Origin: Labilithrix sp.
Lineage (GTDB): Bacteria > Myxococcota_A > Polyangia > Polyangiales > Polyangiaceae
DNA: 64,000 nt
Reading direction: 5' to 3'
NCBI GenBank assembly: GCA_026128965.1
Contig: JAHCIY010000002.1
Span: 2,000,468-2,064,467 of the forward strand
Program-made: the position numbers and the translations under genes
Part shown: positions 35,160 to 45,530 of the stretch, piece after piece
How the letters are laid out: every line of letters begins with the position of its first letter
How positions within the stretch are numbered: the stretch's first letter is position 1
The notes under the pieces: generated by a model
Database searches by the model: none
Seen by the model: only the letters and a program-made list of their open reading frames with translations
What the model was told of the DNA's origin: nothing

Positions 35160-35897
35160 TCACTTCGGGCACACGAACTCGCATTTGGGTCCGGTGCGAC
35201 CCACGTAGGTCCCGTCCGGGCACTGTTTCGCGTCGTCGGTGCAGGGCACCGGGCGATCCTCCGGACAGATGAGCTCGCACTTCGGTCCGAGCTTCGCGTT
35301 GGACCCGTCCGCGCACGTCCGCGCGATGGCGGGGCACGCGATCGGCTCGTCGCCGGGGCAGGCGAACTCGCACTTGGGACCGGAGCGGCCGACGTACGAT
35401 CCGTCGGGGCATTTTTTTGCGTCGGCGGTGCAGATCGGTCCTTCGCCCGGGCAGGGCGCGAACTCGCACTTTGGTCCTTGGCGTCCGACGGAGCTGCCGT
35501 CCGGGCAGACCTTCGCGTCCATCGTGCAGCCGTGCTCGGGGGGCTGCGGCTGCTCGCACGCGCGAAGCGTGCACATGATCCCTTTGTCGGAGCACGTGCA
35601 GTCGTTGCAGCCGTCGATCGATTTGAACTCGTCGCCGAGCTTGTAGGTCGGCACGGGGGCATCGGGCGCGCTGGGCGCGACGAGGTCGTAGGTGGTGGTG
35701 TTGGCCCAGGAGCATGACGCGCCGTCGCCGGTGGCGGTCCCGTCTTTTCGGGTCTGGAGCTGCTGCTCGCCGTTCGTCCCGGGCGACGGAATGGACGCCT
35801 CGCTGCCGCCGCACGCGACGACCACGGACACGAGCGCAACGGAGGACAGGATGATCGAACGCATGGGCAAGCTCCTCGAAGCCGCGGCGCGACCCAA
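35160..35897 (-). CDS. Cys-rich repeat lipoprotein (paralog 2)
   Basis: Lipobox VVVACGG. Same CPDGSxVGRxGPKCEFxCPG modules. About 60% identical to the upstream paralog across the N-terminal half. Confidence 0.6.
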   Translation of the reverse strand: MGRAAASRSLPMRSIILSSVALVSVVVACGGSEASIPSPGTNGEQQLQTRKDGTATGDGASCSWANTTTYDLVAPSAPDAPVPTYKLGDEFKSIDGCNDCTCSDKGIMCTLRACEQPQPPEHGCTMDAKVCPDGSSVGRQGPKCEFAPCPGEGPICTADAKKCPDGSYVGRSGPKCEFACPGDEPIACPAIARTCADGSNAKLGPKCELICPEDRPVPCTDDAKQCPDGTYVGRTGPKCEFVCPK

Positions 35898-35949
35898 CGT
35901 CGTGCTCGCTGGTCCGTGGGTGGCCGCCGCGTCGCGGTTCCGTGAGAGA

Positions 35950-36300
35950 TTCTTTCGTTGTCGTGTCGTTTCACTCGTCGTGCTCCGTCGCGGACTGCCG
36001 AGCGGTGTTGGGGCGCGGCGCGACGAAGGGCGAGGGGCACGTGGTCGAGTGGTGTTGTGGCTCCGGGGCGGCGGTCGAGCATGCGCGTCGGACCTGCGCG
36101 ACGAAGGGGAGCGCGCGGCTGCATGTGGTCGAGTGGTGTGGGTTCAGGGCGCGTCGGACCGGTGCGACGAAGGGGCGAGGGACACGTGGTCGAGTGAGTG
36201 TGTTGTGGCTCAGGGCGCGGCGGTCGAGCACGCGCGGCGGACCTGCGCGACGAAGGGGGAGCGCGGGTTGGCTGCGACGAACGTGCTCGCGTTCGCGCGC
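35950..36300. repeat. tandem repeats of about 90 bp (about 3 copies) between the lipoprotein gene start and the anti-sigma gene end
   Basis: (A/C)TGTGGTCGAGTGGTGT..GGCTC(A/C)GGGCGCG..GTCGAGCA(T/C)GCGCG.CGGACCTGCGCGACGAAGGGG recurs at about 36040, 36125 and 36185. The units are not multiples of 3, so PFVAQVRRA peptide motifs appear in different frames. Confidence 0.5.
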
Positions 36301-36361
36301 GCCTCGGAGGCGCGGCCGCTGGCGCAGAGGGCGAGGACGCGCGCGGCCTCGCGTTCTTCGG

Positions 36362-37429
36362 TCAGCGCTCCGCGTGGGAAGCGGGTCGCGTGCTCGTCGA
36401 GGCGGCGAAGCGCGGTCGCGCCGTCGCCGGCCGCGAGCGCGGCATTCGCGGAACGCAGCAACGCGGCCTCTTCTGCGACGAGGTCGCGCGCCGGCCGCGC
36501 TGGTGCCGCGGCAGCTCGGCCGGTGGACGCGCTTGCACCCGCGCCGGCCGAGGCCGCGCTCGAACCTGCACCTGCACCTGCACCTGCGCCGGTGGCGCCG
36601 GCGCGGGCCGAGGCCGCGCTTGCGCCGCTCGAACCTGCACCTGCGCCGGTGGCGCCGGCGGAGGCCGCGTTTGCGCCGCTCGAACTGCTGCGCCTGCCGA
36701 GGCCGCACCTGCGCCGCTCGGGCCCGCGCCGCTCGGGCCCGCGCCACTCGAGCCTGCGCCGCTTGTGCCCGCACGCGGGCCGCCCGCGCTTGGGCCGCTC
36801 GCGGCGTTCGAGCCCGCGCTCCGGCCGTCGCCCGCGCTGTTTGAGCCTGCGCCAACGCCGTTCAGGCCTGCGCCGCTTGCATCCGCGTTTGGGCTTGCGC
36901 CTGCTGCGCTCTTCGCGTCGTCGTTTGAGGGCGCGCTTGGTGCGCTGCTGCCGCTGTCGTTCGAGGTCGGGTTTGCGATGTGCGAGCTCGAGCCGTTCGT
37001 GCCTGTTGCGCCACTTGCGCTGCCGTTCGCGCCTGCGGCCGCGCCGTTCGGTGCCGCGTTACCGCTGGCTCTCGCGGGCTGGGCTGCTGCGCCGCTCACG
37101 CCGGTGGTTGCCGCTGCTTGCGAGACGACGGGCGCTGGCGCTCGCTCTGCGGTCATCACCGCTGCGGTGGTCGCTGCTGCGCTGCCGACGAGGACGACCG
37201 CGACGACCGCCTTCGTTCCGACGAGTGAGCTCAGGAACGAGCCCGACGCCGTCGCGCCCGCGGTCGCCGTCTTCGTGACCGTCGCGGCCGTCGCGCCGGC
37301 GGCGGCGCCGACCGCGATCTTCGCCGCGACGCGCGCGCGGACGCGGGCGGCGTCGGCGGCGGTGGGGTCGTCGCCGCCCTCCGCGGCGTCGAGGAGCGCT
37401 CGCGCGTCGGGGCCGAGGCCGTCCGTCAT
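36362..37429 (-). CDS. anti-sigma factor candidate (membrane-anchored, low-complexity A/G/S/P-rich periplasmic region); the C-terminus is uncertain and possibly frameshifted
   Basis: The ATG overlaps the stop of the ECF sigma gene (ATGA). N-terminus MTDGLGPDARALLDAAEGG followed by one TM segment (GTKAVVAVVLVGSAAATTAAV). A downstream ORF in a different frame (36210..36461) looks like a displaced C-terminal segment. Confidence 0.45.
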   Translation of the reverse strand: MTDGLGPDARALLDAAEGGDDPTAADAARVRARVAAKIAVGAAAGATAATVTKTATAGATASGSFLSSLVGTKAVVAVVLVGSAAATTAAVMTAERAPAPVVSQAAATTGVSGAAAQPARASGNAAPNGAAAGANGSASGATGTNGSSSHIANPTSNDSGSSAPSAPSNDDAKSAAGASPNADASGAGLNGVGAGSNSAGDGRSAGSNAASGPSAGGPRAGTSGAGSSGAGPSGAGPSGAGAASAGAAVRAAQTRPPPAPPAQVQVRAAQARPRPAPAPPAQVQVQVQVRARPRPARVQARPPAELPRHQRGRRATSSQKRPRCCVPRMPRSRPATARPRFAASTSTRPASHAER

Positions 37430-38028
37430 CGACGCCCTCCACGGGAGGAAGAAGGAAGGGAAGGATGCGCCTCGCGCGCGCGATGGCGCGCGAGGGCGTC
37501 CTCGAACGAGAGGCGGGCTGCGCGGAGGCGGGCGTAGGCCGTGTTCACGTTGAGGCCGAGGGTGCTCGCGATGTCGGGCATCGTCATCTGTTCGAGCTGC
37601 GCCATCACGAAGACCTCGCGCTTGTCGTCGTCGAGCTCGTCGAGGAGCGCATGCAAGAGCGCGATCGCCTCCGCCCTCTCCATCGACTCGCTCGGGCCCG
37701 GCGTGGTCGCGCGGAGCGAGTCGGGATCGACGGAGCCGGCGGGGCTCTTGCGCGCGAGGCTGCGGCGATGGTCGCGCGCGACGCGGAGCGTGATGCCGAA
37801 GAGCCACGTGCGCAGCGACGAGCGCCCCTCGAACTCGTCGAGCCTCCGGTGCACGATCACGAAGACCTCCTGCACGACGTCGTCGAGCGAGCCGTCGCGA
37901 ACGCCGAGACGCTTCGCGCTGCGCCAGACGAAGGCGAAGTGGTCGCGATACACGTCGTCGAAGCACGGGACTGCCGAAAGCGCTGCTTCGGAGACCAAGA
38001 GCTTCGGGAGGTGAGTGGAAGCCGCCAC
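37426..38028 (-). CDS. ECF (group 4) RNA polymerase sigma factor
   Basis: Region 2 (DDVVQEVFVIVHRRLDEFEG) and region 4 (MTMPDIASTLGLNVNTAYARLRAAR). Confidence 0.85.
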   Translation of the reverse strand: MAASTHLPKLLVSEAALSAVPCFDDVYRDHFAFVWRSAKRLGVRDGSLDDVVQEVFVIVHRRLDEFEGRSSLRTWLFGITLRVARDHRRSLARKSPAGSVDPDSLRATTPGPSESMERAEAIALLHALLDELDDDKREVFVMAQLEQMTMPDIASTLGLNVNTAYARLRAARLSFEDALARHRAREAHPSLPSSSRGGRR

Positions 38029-38037
38029 GATGACCCG

Positions 38038-38979
38038 TTAAAGAAAAAGCACCTCGGCGCCGAAATAGGCGCCGGCGCCGACCGCGGCGGGCTCGTGGAC
38101 CGAGCCCGTACCTTCGACCACGAAGTTCGGGCGATAGAGCGGCACGAGCCCTTCGACCCGCGCCCGCAGCGCGAGCCAGCGCGAGACCTCGAAGCGCGCG
38201 AGCCCGCCGAACGCCACGTTGCCCCACGCCTTGCTCGGCGAGAGGTTCGTTTCGGCGCCGAAGCCCGCCGCCGAAGCGACGTCCACCCCGCCGCCCACGC
38301 ACGGCGACGCCTCGAAGCTCCAGAGCTGCACGAGCGCGAAGCAACCGCGCGCGCCGACCCCCACCACCGAGATGTCCGCGCCACGCCCCGTGCCCGGCAC
38401 GCTCCGCCGCTGCTCGAGGACGATCCGGCCCAGCGCCTCCACCCGGAAACGCCCCGGCATCCACGCCACGTGCATCGCCCCGCCGAAGCCAGGGCTCGGC
38501 AACACCCCGAGATCCCCATGCACCGCGACGCCCGCCGCGAACGCGTGCGGGCCGCCGGCCTCGCGCGGCGCGGGAGGCGCGGGAGGCGCCGGTGCGGGAG
38601 GCGGCGGCTGCTCGTCCGCGAGGGTCGCCGGCGGTACGAGCGCGAGCGCGAGGACGACCGCGGTCGCGTCCGCGACGCCGGCGCAGGTCGCGGCCTCGAT
38701 CTCGCGCTCACCGACGATCGCGCCGCGCCGCGTCTTGAGGAAGACGCGCCAGCTCGACGGCGTCTGCTGCTCGACGTGCGCGTCCGCCTCGAGCACGCCC
38801 GGCGCGAGCGTCGCATCGACGTTCCGTAGCGCCGCGGCCTTCACCTCCTCGCTCGATGGACACCCCGACGGCGCGAACCACGTGAGGCGCAGGTTGCCCT
38901 CGTCCGCGCGCGCACGCCCCGCGACGAGCATCGCGCCGACGAGCACGGCCGCGCACGGGACAAACCTCACCGGTGCCAC
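38038..38979 (-). CDS. secreted or outer-membrane protein, first gene of the sigma/anti-sigma operon
   Basis: Signal peptide, Pro-rich linker (PPPPAPAPPAPPAP), Gly/Ala-rich beta-strand-like C-terminus ending in F-L. Its stop lies 10 nt before the sigma gene start. Confidence 0.5.
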   Translation of the reverse strand: MAPVRFVPCAAVLVGAMLVAGRARADEGNLRLTWFAPSGCPSSEEVKAAALRNVDATLAPGVLEADAHVEQQTPSSWRVFLKTRRGAIVGEREIEAATCAGVADATAVVLALALVPPATLADEQPPPPAPAPPAPPAPREAGGPHAFAAGVAVHGDLGVLPSPGFGGAMHVAWMPGRFRVEALGRIVLEQRRSVPGTGRGADISVVGVGARGCFALVQLWSFEASPCVGGGVDVASAAGFGAETNLSPSKAWGNVAFGGLARFEVSRWLALRARVEGLVPLYRPNFVVEGTGSVHEPAAVGAGAYFGAEVLFL

Positions 38980-39088
38980 TCTATCAACGTGTGTGCCGCG
39001 CGAAATCAGTCGAAATCAGTAACGATTCCGCGGACGCTGTGTCAGCGGCCGCGGGGAGGCTGGCACACGTCGAGCCGCGGGCGTCATG

Positions 39089-39708
39089 TCATGCGCGGCC
39101 GCGGCTCTTGCCGGTCGTGATGCCGCCCGCGATGAGGTGCGCGAGGCGGAGCGGCTCCGGGATGTTGCCGTGGAGCGTCGTACGCGCGACGACGCGGCGG
39201 GCCTCGTCGATCGTGAGGCCCGCGCGCTGGATCCAGAGGCGCTGCGTCGTCGCGAGCCCGGTCGGCTCGCGCTTCAACGAGCGCCGCGACACGCCGAGCG
39301 GCTCGAGCGTCCCCGCGCGCTCGATGAGCCCCCACTTCCGCGCCGCCCCCGGCACCGCGGGTCGATCGTGCGGCGTGCGGCTGAAGAGCGCGCGCTTCAC
39401 CGCCGCCATGTCCGGCGGCCGCCGCACGACGACGAGGACCGGGATCTGGAGCGCGAGCGAGAGGCCGTGGATGTCGATGACGTTGAACCCACCGACCGCG
39501 ATGCCCTGGAACATCACCGCCTGGATGTGCTGCCCGAACTGGCTCGCGCGCACGAGCTCCACCACGCGGCGGGTCGAGTCGATCCCGTCGCGGCGGATGC
39601 GCCCGCTCACGATCCCGTCGACGCGCGTCGCCGAGCACACGACGCCCACGAGCAGGACGTCCCCGCGGTGATCGCGCGGGAACGGGCCGTCGTCGAAGCC
39701 GATGACGT

Positions 39709-39715
<7 letters not shown>
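39089..39715 (-). CDS. DUF99 (UPF0215, endonuclease-V-like fold) protein; the start codon is unresolved
   Basis: The translated region matches the DUF99 consensus as recalled: VIGFDDGPF...LLVGVV...DGIDST. No ATG/GTG/TTG is in frame near the expected N-terminus, and the region overlaps the ftsH 3' end. Confidence 0.45.
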
Positions 39716-41646
<1,931 letters not shown>

Positions 41647-41713
41647 GAGAACCTCGGTCTTCTTAGGCTACTACGTCCGATGCCCTCCATCGAGGGTCCG
41701 ATGCGTGAGCGCG

Positions 41714-42559
41714 TCATTTCGTCCGTCTCGGCTCGACCATGGCGACCAAACCGTCCGGTAGCCAGACCCGTGCCTCGGTCGACCTCGAGCGGACGAGCGC
41801 GGCGATCGCCGCCTGCGTCGCGCGCGGAAGACCCGCCGTCCAGCCCGCCTCCGCCCGCGCGGAGCCAGCCGCCGTCAGGTCGTCCGCGATCGCGGACAGG
41901 TGATGCACGACCGCGGGATCGAGCTCGCGGAGGAGCGGCAGCACCTCGTTTCGCACGCGCGTCCGCAGAAAGCGGGGATCCGCGTTCGACGGGTCGGTCG
42001 CGGACGGCACGCGATGCCGCTCGAGGTGGGTCACGACGTCGGAACGTAAGGCGCGCAGGAGCGGGCGCACCACCTCGATGTCCGATGCGCCGGCCGCGGG
42101 CGAACGAGGCGGCAGGACGGCGAGGCCTCGCGCCCCCGAGCCGCGGAGGACACGCATGAGCACCGTCTCGGCGCGATCCTCGGCGTGGTGGGCCGTGGCG
42201 ATCGTGGCGCCGTGCGCTCTCGCCGCGCCGGCGAGCGCGGTCCAGCGCGCCGCGCGTGCCCGGGCCTGCAGATTTCCGCCGCGCGGCACGTCGACCTTCG
42301 TGCGATCCCACGGCACGCCGTGGTCGCGCGCGAAGCGCTCCGCGAGATCGAGCTCAGCCGCAGCGTCGGGGCGGAGCCCGTGGTCGACGCCGTGCGCCAT
42401 GAGCCCGAGGCCGAACCGCGGCGCGAGGCGGACGAGGACGGAGAGGAGCGCCATCGAGTCGGGTCCGCCGCTCACGGCGACGAGCACCGTCGTCCCTCTC
42501 GCGAGCGCGCACTCGCCCTCGAGCGCGCGCCGCGCGATCGTGGCGAGCGACGGCGTCAC
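41714..42559 (-). CDS. tilS: tRNA(Ile)-lysidine synthetase (short form)
   Basis: PP-loop VAVSGGPDSMALL. The GTG start overlaps the rlmD stop (GTGA). 281 aa. Confidence 0.75.
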   Translation of the reverse strand: MTPSLATIARRALEGECALARGTTVLVAVSGGPDSMALLSVLVRLAPRFGLGLMAHGVDHGLRPDAAAELDLAERFARDHGVPWDRTKVDVPRGGNLQARARAARWTALAGAARAHGATIATAHHAEDRAETVLMRVLRGSGARGLAVLPPRSPAAGASDIEVVRPLLRALRSDVVTHLERHRVPSATDPSNADPRFLRTRVRNEVLPLLRELDPAVVHHLSAIADDLTAAGSARAEAGWTAGLPRATQAAIAALVRSRSTEARVWLPDGLVAMVEPRRTK

Positions 42560-43812
42560 GCCGAGCGCCTCTCGAGGAGCGCGACCGTCTCGACGTGGCT
42601 CGTGTGCGGGAACATCTCGAACGTCTCCGCCGTCACGAGCGACCAGCCCGCGGCGACGAGCAGCTTCACGTCGCGCGCGAGCGTGGGCGGGTCGCACGAG
42701 ACGTAGACGATCCGCGAGAGCTTGGTCTTCCCCGCCGCGATCGCGGCGCAAACGTCGCGCGCGCCCTCGCGCGGCGGATCGAGGACGAGGAGGCGCGTCG
42801 CCTTCGGGAGCACGAACGCGGCCGCGTCGCCGGCGACGACCTTCACCTTCGCGGAGAGACCTCGCGCCGCGAGGTTGTCGCGCGCCGCCGCGCAAGCGTC
42901 CTCGTTCGACTCGACCGCGACGAGCTCACGCCCGGGCGCGAGCATCACGGTGAGGTTCCCCGCGCCGGCGTAGAGCTCCACCGCCGGCGCAGCGTCGCCG
43001 GCCAGCTCCGCGACCCGGCGCGCGAGCTCGGCGTTCGCCTCGTCGTTCGCCTGCGCGAAGCCGCCCGGCGCGAGGCGGAGCGGCGCGCCGTCGGCTCCCG
43101 TCACGATCGGCGTCGGATCGCCGATCTTCGCCGGCACCTTCACCTCGCCGGCGTACACGCTCGCGCCGGCGATCTCGCCGTTCGCGACCGCGCGCTCGAG
43201 CCGCCCGAACGTCGCGGCGGCGAGCTCGCCGCGCCAGCGTAGCTCGATGACGGGCCGCCGCTCGGCGCCGAGCGCGAGGCTCGCTTCGCCGCGGCCGCGC
43301 GCGCCGGCGAGGAGCTCCGCCAGCGCCAGCCGCGCGCGATCGAGCGCCGGATCGAGCACGATGCAGGTCGCGACCGCGGCCGGCTCGTGGCTCTTCCGCG
43401 CGTACATGCCGGCGACGATCGCGCCGCGCTTCGTCGCCTCGACGTGGACGCGCGCGCGCGTGCGGTAGCCGATCGTCCGCGGCGCGGGGTGGCTCCCGAC
43501 CGCGACGCCGAGGAGCTTCTCGACGATGCTCGCGTGCTCGGCGCGCTGCGCATCGATTGTAAGATGCATCCAATCGCAGCCCCCGCATCGATCGACGAAG
43601 GCGCACGCCGGCGCGGCGCGCTCGGAGGAAGGGGCGAGGACCTGGAGGAGCACGCCGCGGGCCGGTCGCGAGCGCGGATCGATCTCCACGCGCACGTGCT
43701 CGCCGCGCGCGACGCCCGGCACGAACACGGCGCGCCGCTCGCCGCCGATCGCGACGTGCCCGACGCCCTCACCGCCGGGGGTGAGCTCCACGATCTCGAG
43801 GTCGGCCCTCAC
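42556..43812 (-). CDS. rlmD: 23S rRNA (uracil-C5)-methyltransferase RlmD/RumA family
   Basis: TRAM-like N-terminus, CAFVDRCGGC Fe-S Cys cluster, SAM-MTase motifs (ELYAGAGNL, LDPPREG) and the catalytic-Cys region VYVSCDPPT. The GTG start overlaps the upstream gene stop. Confidence 0.8.
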   Translation of the reverse strand: MRADLEIVELTPGGEGVGHVAIGGERRAVFVPGVARGEHVRVEIDPRSRPARGVLLQVLAPSSERAAPACAFVDRCGGCDWMHLTIDAQRAEHASIVEKLLGVAVGSHPAPRTIGYRTRARVHVEATKRGAIVAGMYARKSHEPAAVATCIVLDPALDRARLALAELLAGARGRGEASLALGAERRPVIELRWRGELAAATFGRLERAVANGEIAGASVYAGEVKVPAKIGDPTPIVTGADGAPLRLAPGGFAQANDEANAELARRVAELAGDAAPAVELYAGAGNLTVMLAPGRELVAVESNEDACAAARDNLAARGLSAKVKVVAGDAAAFVLPKATRLLVLDPPREGARDVCAAIAAGKTKLSRIVYVSCDPPTLARDVKLLVAAGWSLVTAETFEMFPHTSHVETVALLERRSA

Positions 43813-45497
43813 TGCGTGCACGCGAACACGGCGTAGCCGCCGGCGGGATCGTTGGAGCCGAGCTCCTTCGCCGTCGTCCACACCACCGCGACGCGGGTGG
43901 GGCTCGCCGCGACCGCGACGCTGCCGTCGCGCACGTTGTTGATGCCGGAGATGCGCGTCTGGCGCGAGAAGAGGACGTTGCGGAGCGGCGTCAGCGCCGT
44001 CGTCGCGTTGTCGAACACGTGGAGCGCGACCTGTCCTTGCTGCAGCGCCGCGACGTACGCGCGGTTGCCGACGATCGCGACGTCGGCGGCGGTGACCTTG
44101 GCCGCGCCCTCGATCGAGTAGCCGTTCGTGTCGGCCTCCTCTTCCTTTCCGAGATCGAAGGCGCGGTACGTGACCGAGCGGCCGGGGCCGGCGCCGTCGG
44201 TGACGACGAGGACGCGCTCGCCCGTCGTCGCGAGCGAGCCGAACGTCCCCGGGAACGTGACCGGTCGCGTCGTGCTCGTCGCCACCGTCTGCACGTCGGT
44301 GTCGCCCTTCAGCATCAAGAGGCGCACGGTCGTGTCGGACTGGCTCCCGATCGGGCCTTCGCCCGCGTCCGCGCCGGCGTCGCCCGGCGGCGGCGAGCCG
44401 GGATCGCCCGGTCCGACCGAGAGGAGGGCGAGGACCTTGTCCGTCGCCGAGACCCACGCGTCGGTGATGTTGTTGCCGCCGAAGGTGCCGCGCGGCTGCA
44501 CGATGCCCTCCTCGCGCTTGACGGTCGCGATCTTCCCGGCGCCGCCTTCGGTGAACACGATCACGTTGTTGCTCGCGCGCGCGGTGGAGGGGCGCGCGGG
44601 GCCGAGGCGGACGTCGGTGCCGTTCGGCGACGGCGAGTCGATGAACTGCGGGAGCGTCATCTTGCCCTTGTCGTCGACGGCGAGGGCGAGCATCTGGAGC
44701 GACGGGTTCGGCGGGTCGGCCGTGCAGGAGGCCTTCGAGAGGACCACCGTCCCCGCGCCCGATTCGTTCAAGGCGATGCCGATCCCGTCGCGCTCGACGT
44801 CGGCGGAGGCGGCGCAGCGTCCGGGCAGGTTCGGGCGCTCGGCCTTGAGCGCGCCTCCGGATGGGTCGAGCGGCTGGAGCACGAGGCGCGCGGTGCCGAT
44901 GCCCGGGTCGATCTCGCGATACACGAGGAGGAACCCGCCCGGCGACGCCGCGATCGCGGGCGGGCTCACCACCGTGCCGTCCTGCCCGCTCGAGTTCGCG
45001 AGCGGACCGGCGCCGAGCAGCTCGAGCGAGCAGCCGGCGCCGACGCTCGGATCGGCGCTGTCGTTCGCGGGCAGGCACCGCGCCGCCTCGCAGACGCTGC
45101 CCTTCGGGCACGCGGCCTTCGGCGTCCCGACCGGGCCGAGCATGATCGCGATGTTGTCCGCGTCGCCGACGTCGACCTCGGAGCAGCCCGCCGCGACGAC
45201 GGCGCACGACTCGTCGCGCGCCACGCCGGCGAACGCGTACTTCGCGTTCGGGACGCGCCCGAAGCCCGGCGCGGCTGGATCGTTCTTCTGGTACGCGAGC
45301 CGCGCGGTGTACCCCTCCGGCAGCCCGCCCTCGAGCATCGGCTGCAGCGTCGGGCACGATCCGTCCTTGAAGGCGCCGATCTCGATCCACTTGATCGCCA
45401 CGTTCGCCGGCACGTTGACCTCGAGGCCGAGCGGCGATCGCGAGCACGCGAGCCCCATGACGAGCATGAGGCCGAGGGCGCGAGCAGACGATTTCAT
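43809..45497 (-). CDS. hypothetical lipoprotein
   Basis: MKSSARALGLMLVMGLACSRS lipobox. 562 aa with beta-rich composition. Confidence 0.55.
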   Translation of the reverse strand: MKSSARALGLMLVMGLACSRSPLGLEVNVPANVAIKWIEIGAFKDGSCPTLQPMLEGGLPEGYTARLAYQKNDPAAPGFGRVPNAKYAFAGVARDESCAVVAAGCSEVDVGDADNIAIMLGPVGTPKAACPKGSVCEAARCLPANDSADPSVGAGCSLELLGAGPLANSSGQDGTVVSPPAIAASPGGFLLVYREIDPGIGTARLVLQPLDPSGGALKAERPNLPGRCAASADVERDGIGIALNESGAGTVVLSKASCTADPPNPSLQMLALAVDDKGKMTLPQFIDSPSPNGTDVRLGPARPSTARASNNVIVFTEGGAGKIATVKREEGIVQPRGTFGGNNITDAWVSATDKVLALLSVGPGDPGSPPPGDAGADAGEGPIGSQSDTTVRLLMLKGDTDVQTVATSTTRPVTFPGTFGSLATTGERVLVVTDGAGPGRSVTYRAFDLGKEEEADTNGYSIEGAAKVTAADVAIVGNRAYVAALQQGQVALHVFDNATTALTPLRNVLFSRQTRISGINNVRDGSVAVAASPTRVAVVWTTAKELGSNDPAGGYAVFACTQ

Positions 45498-45530
45498 GGC
45501 GCGAGCAAGAAAAGCGAAACGGGCCGAAGC

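Noticed and set aside
36198-37553. Plus-strand ORFs 35692..37278 and 36198..37553 encoding poly-Ala/Arg/Pro proteins
   Set aside because: They lie over the repeat-rich low-complexity region antisense to the anti-sigma gene. Composition is implausible for a protein (RSRR, PAP, AAA runs).
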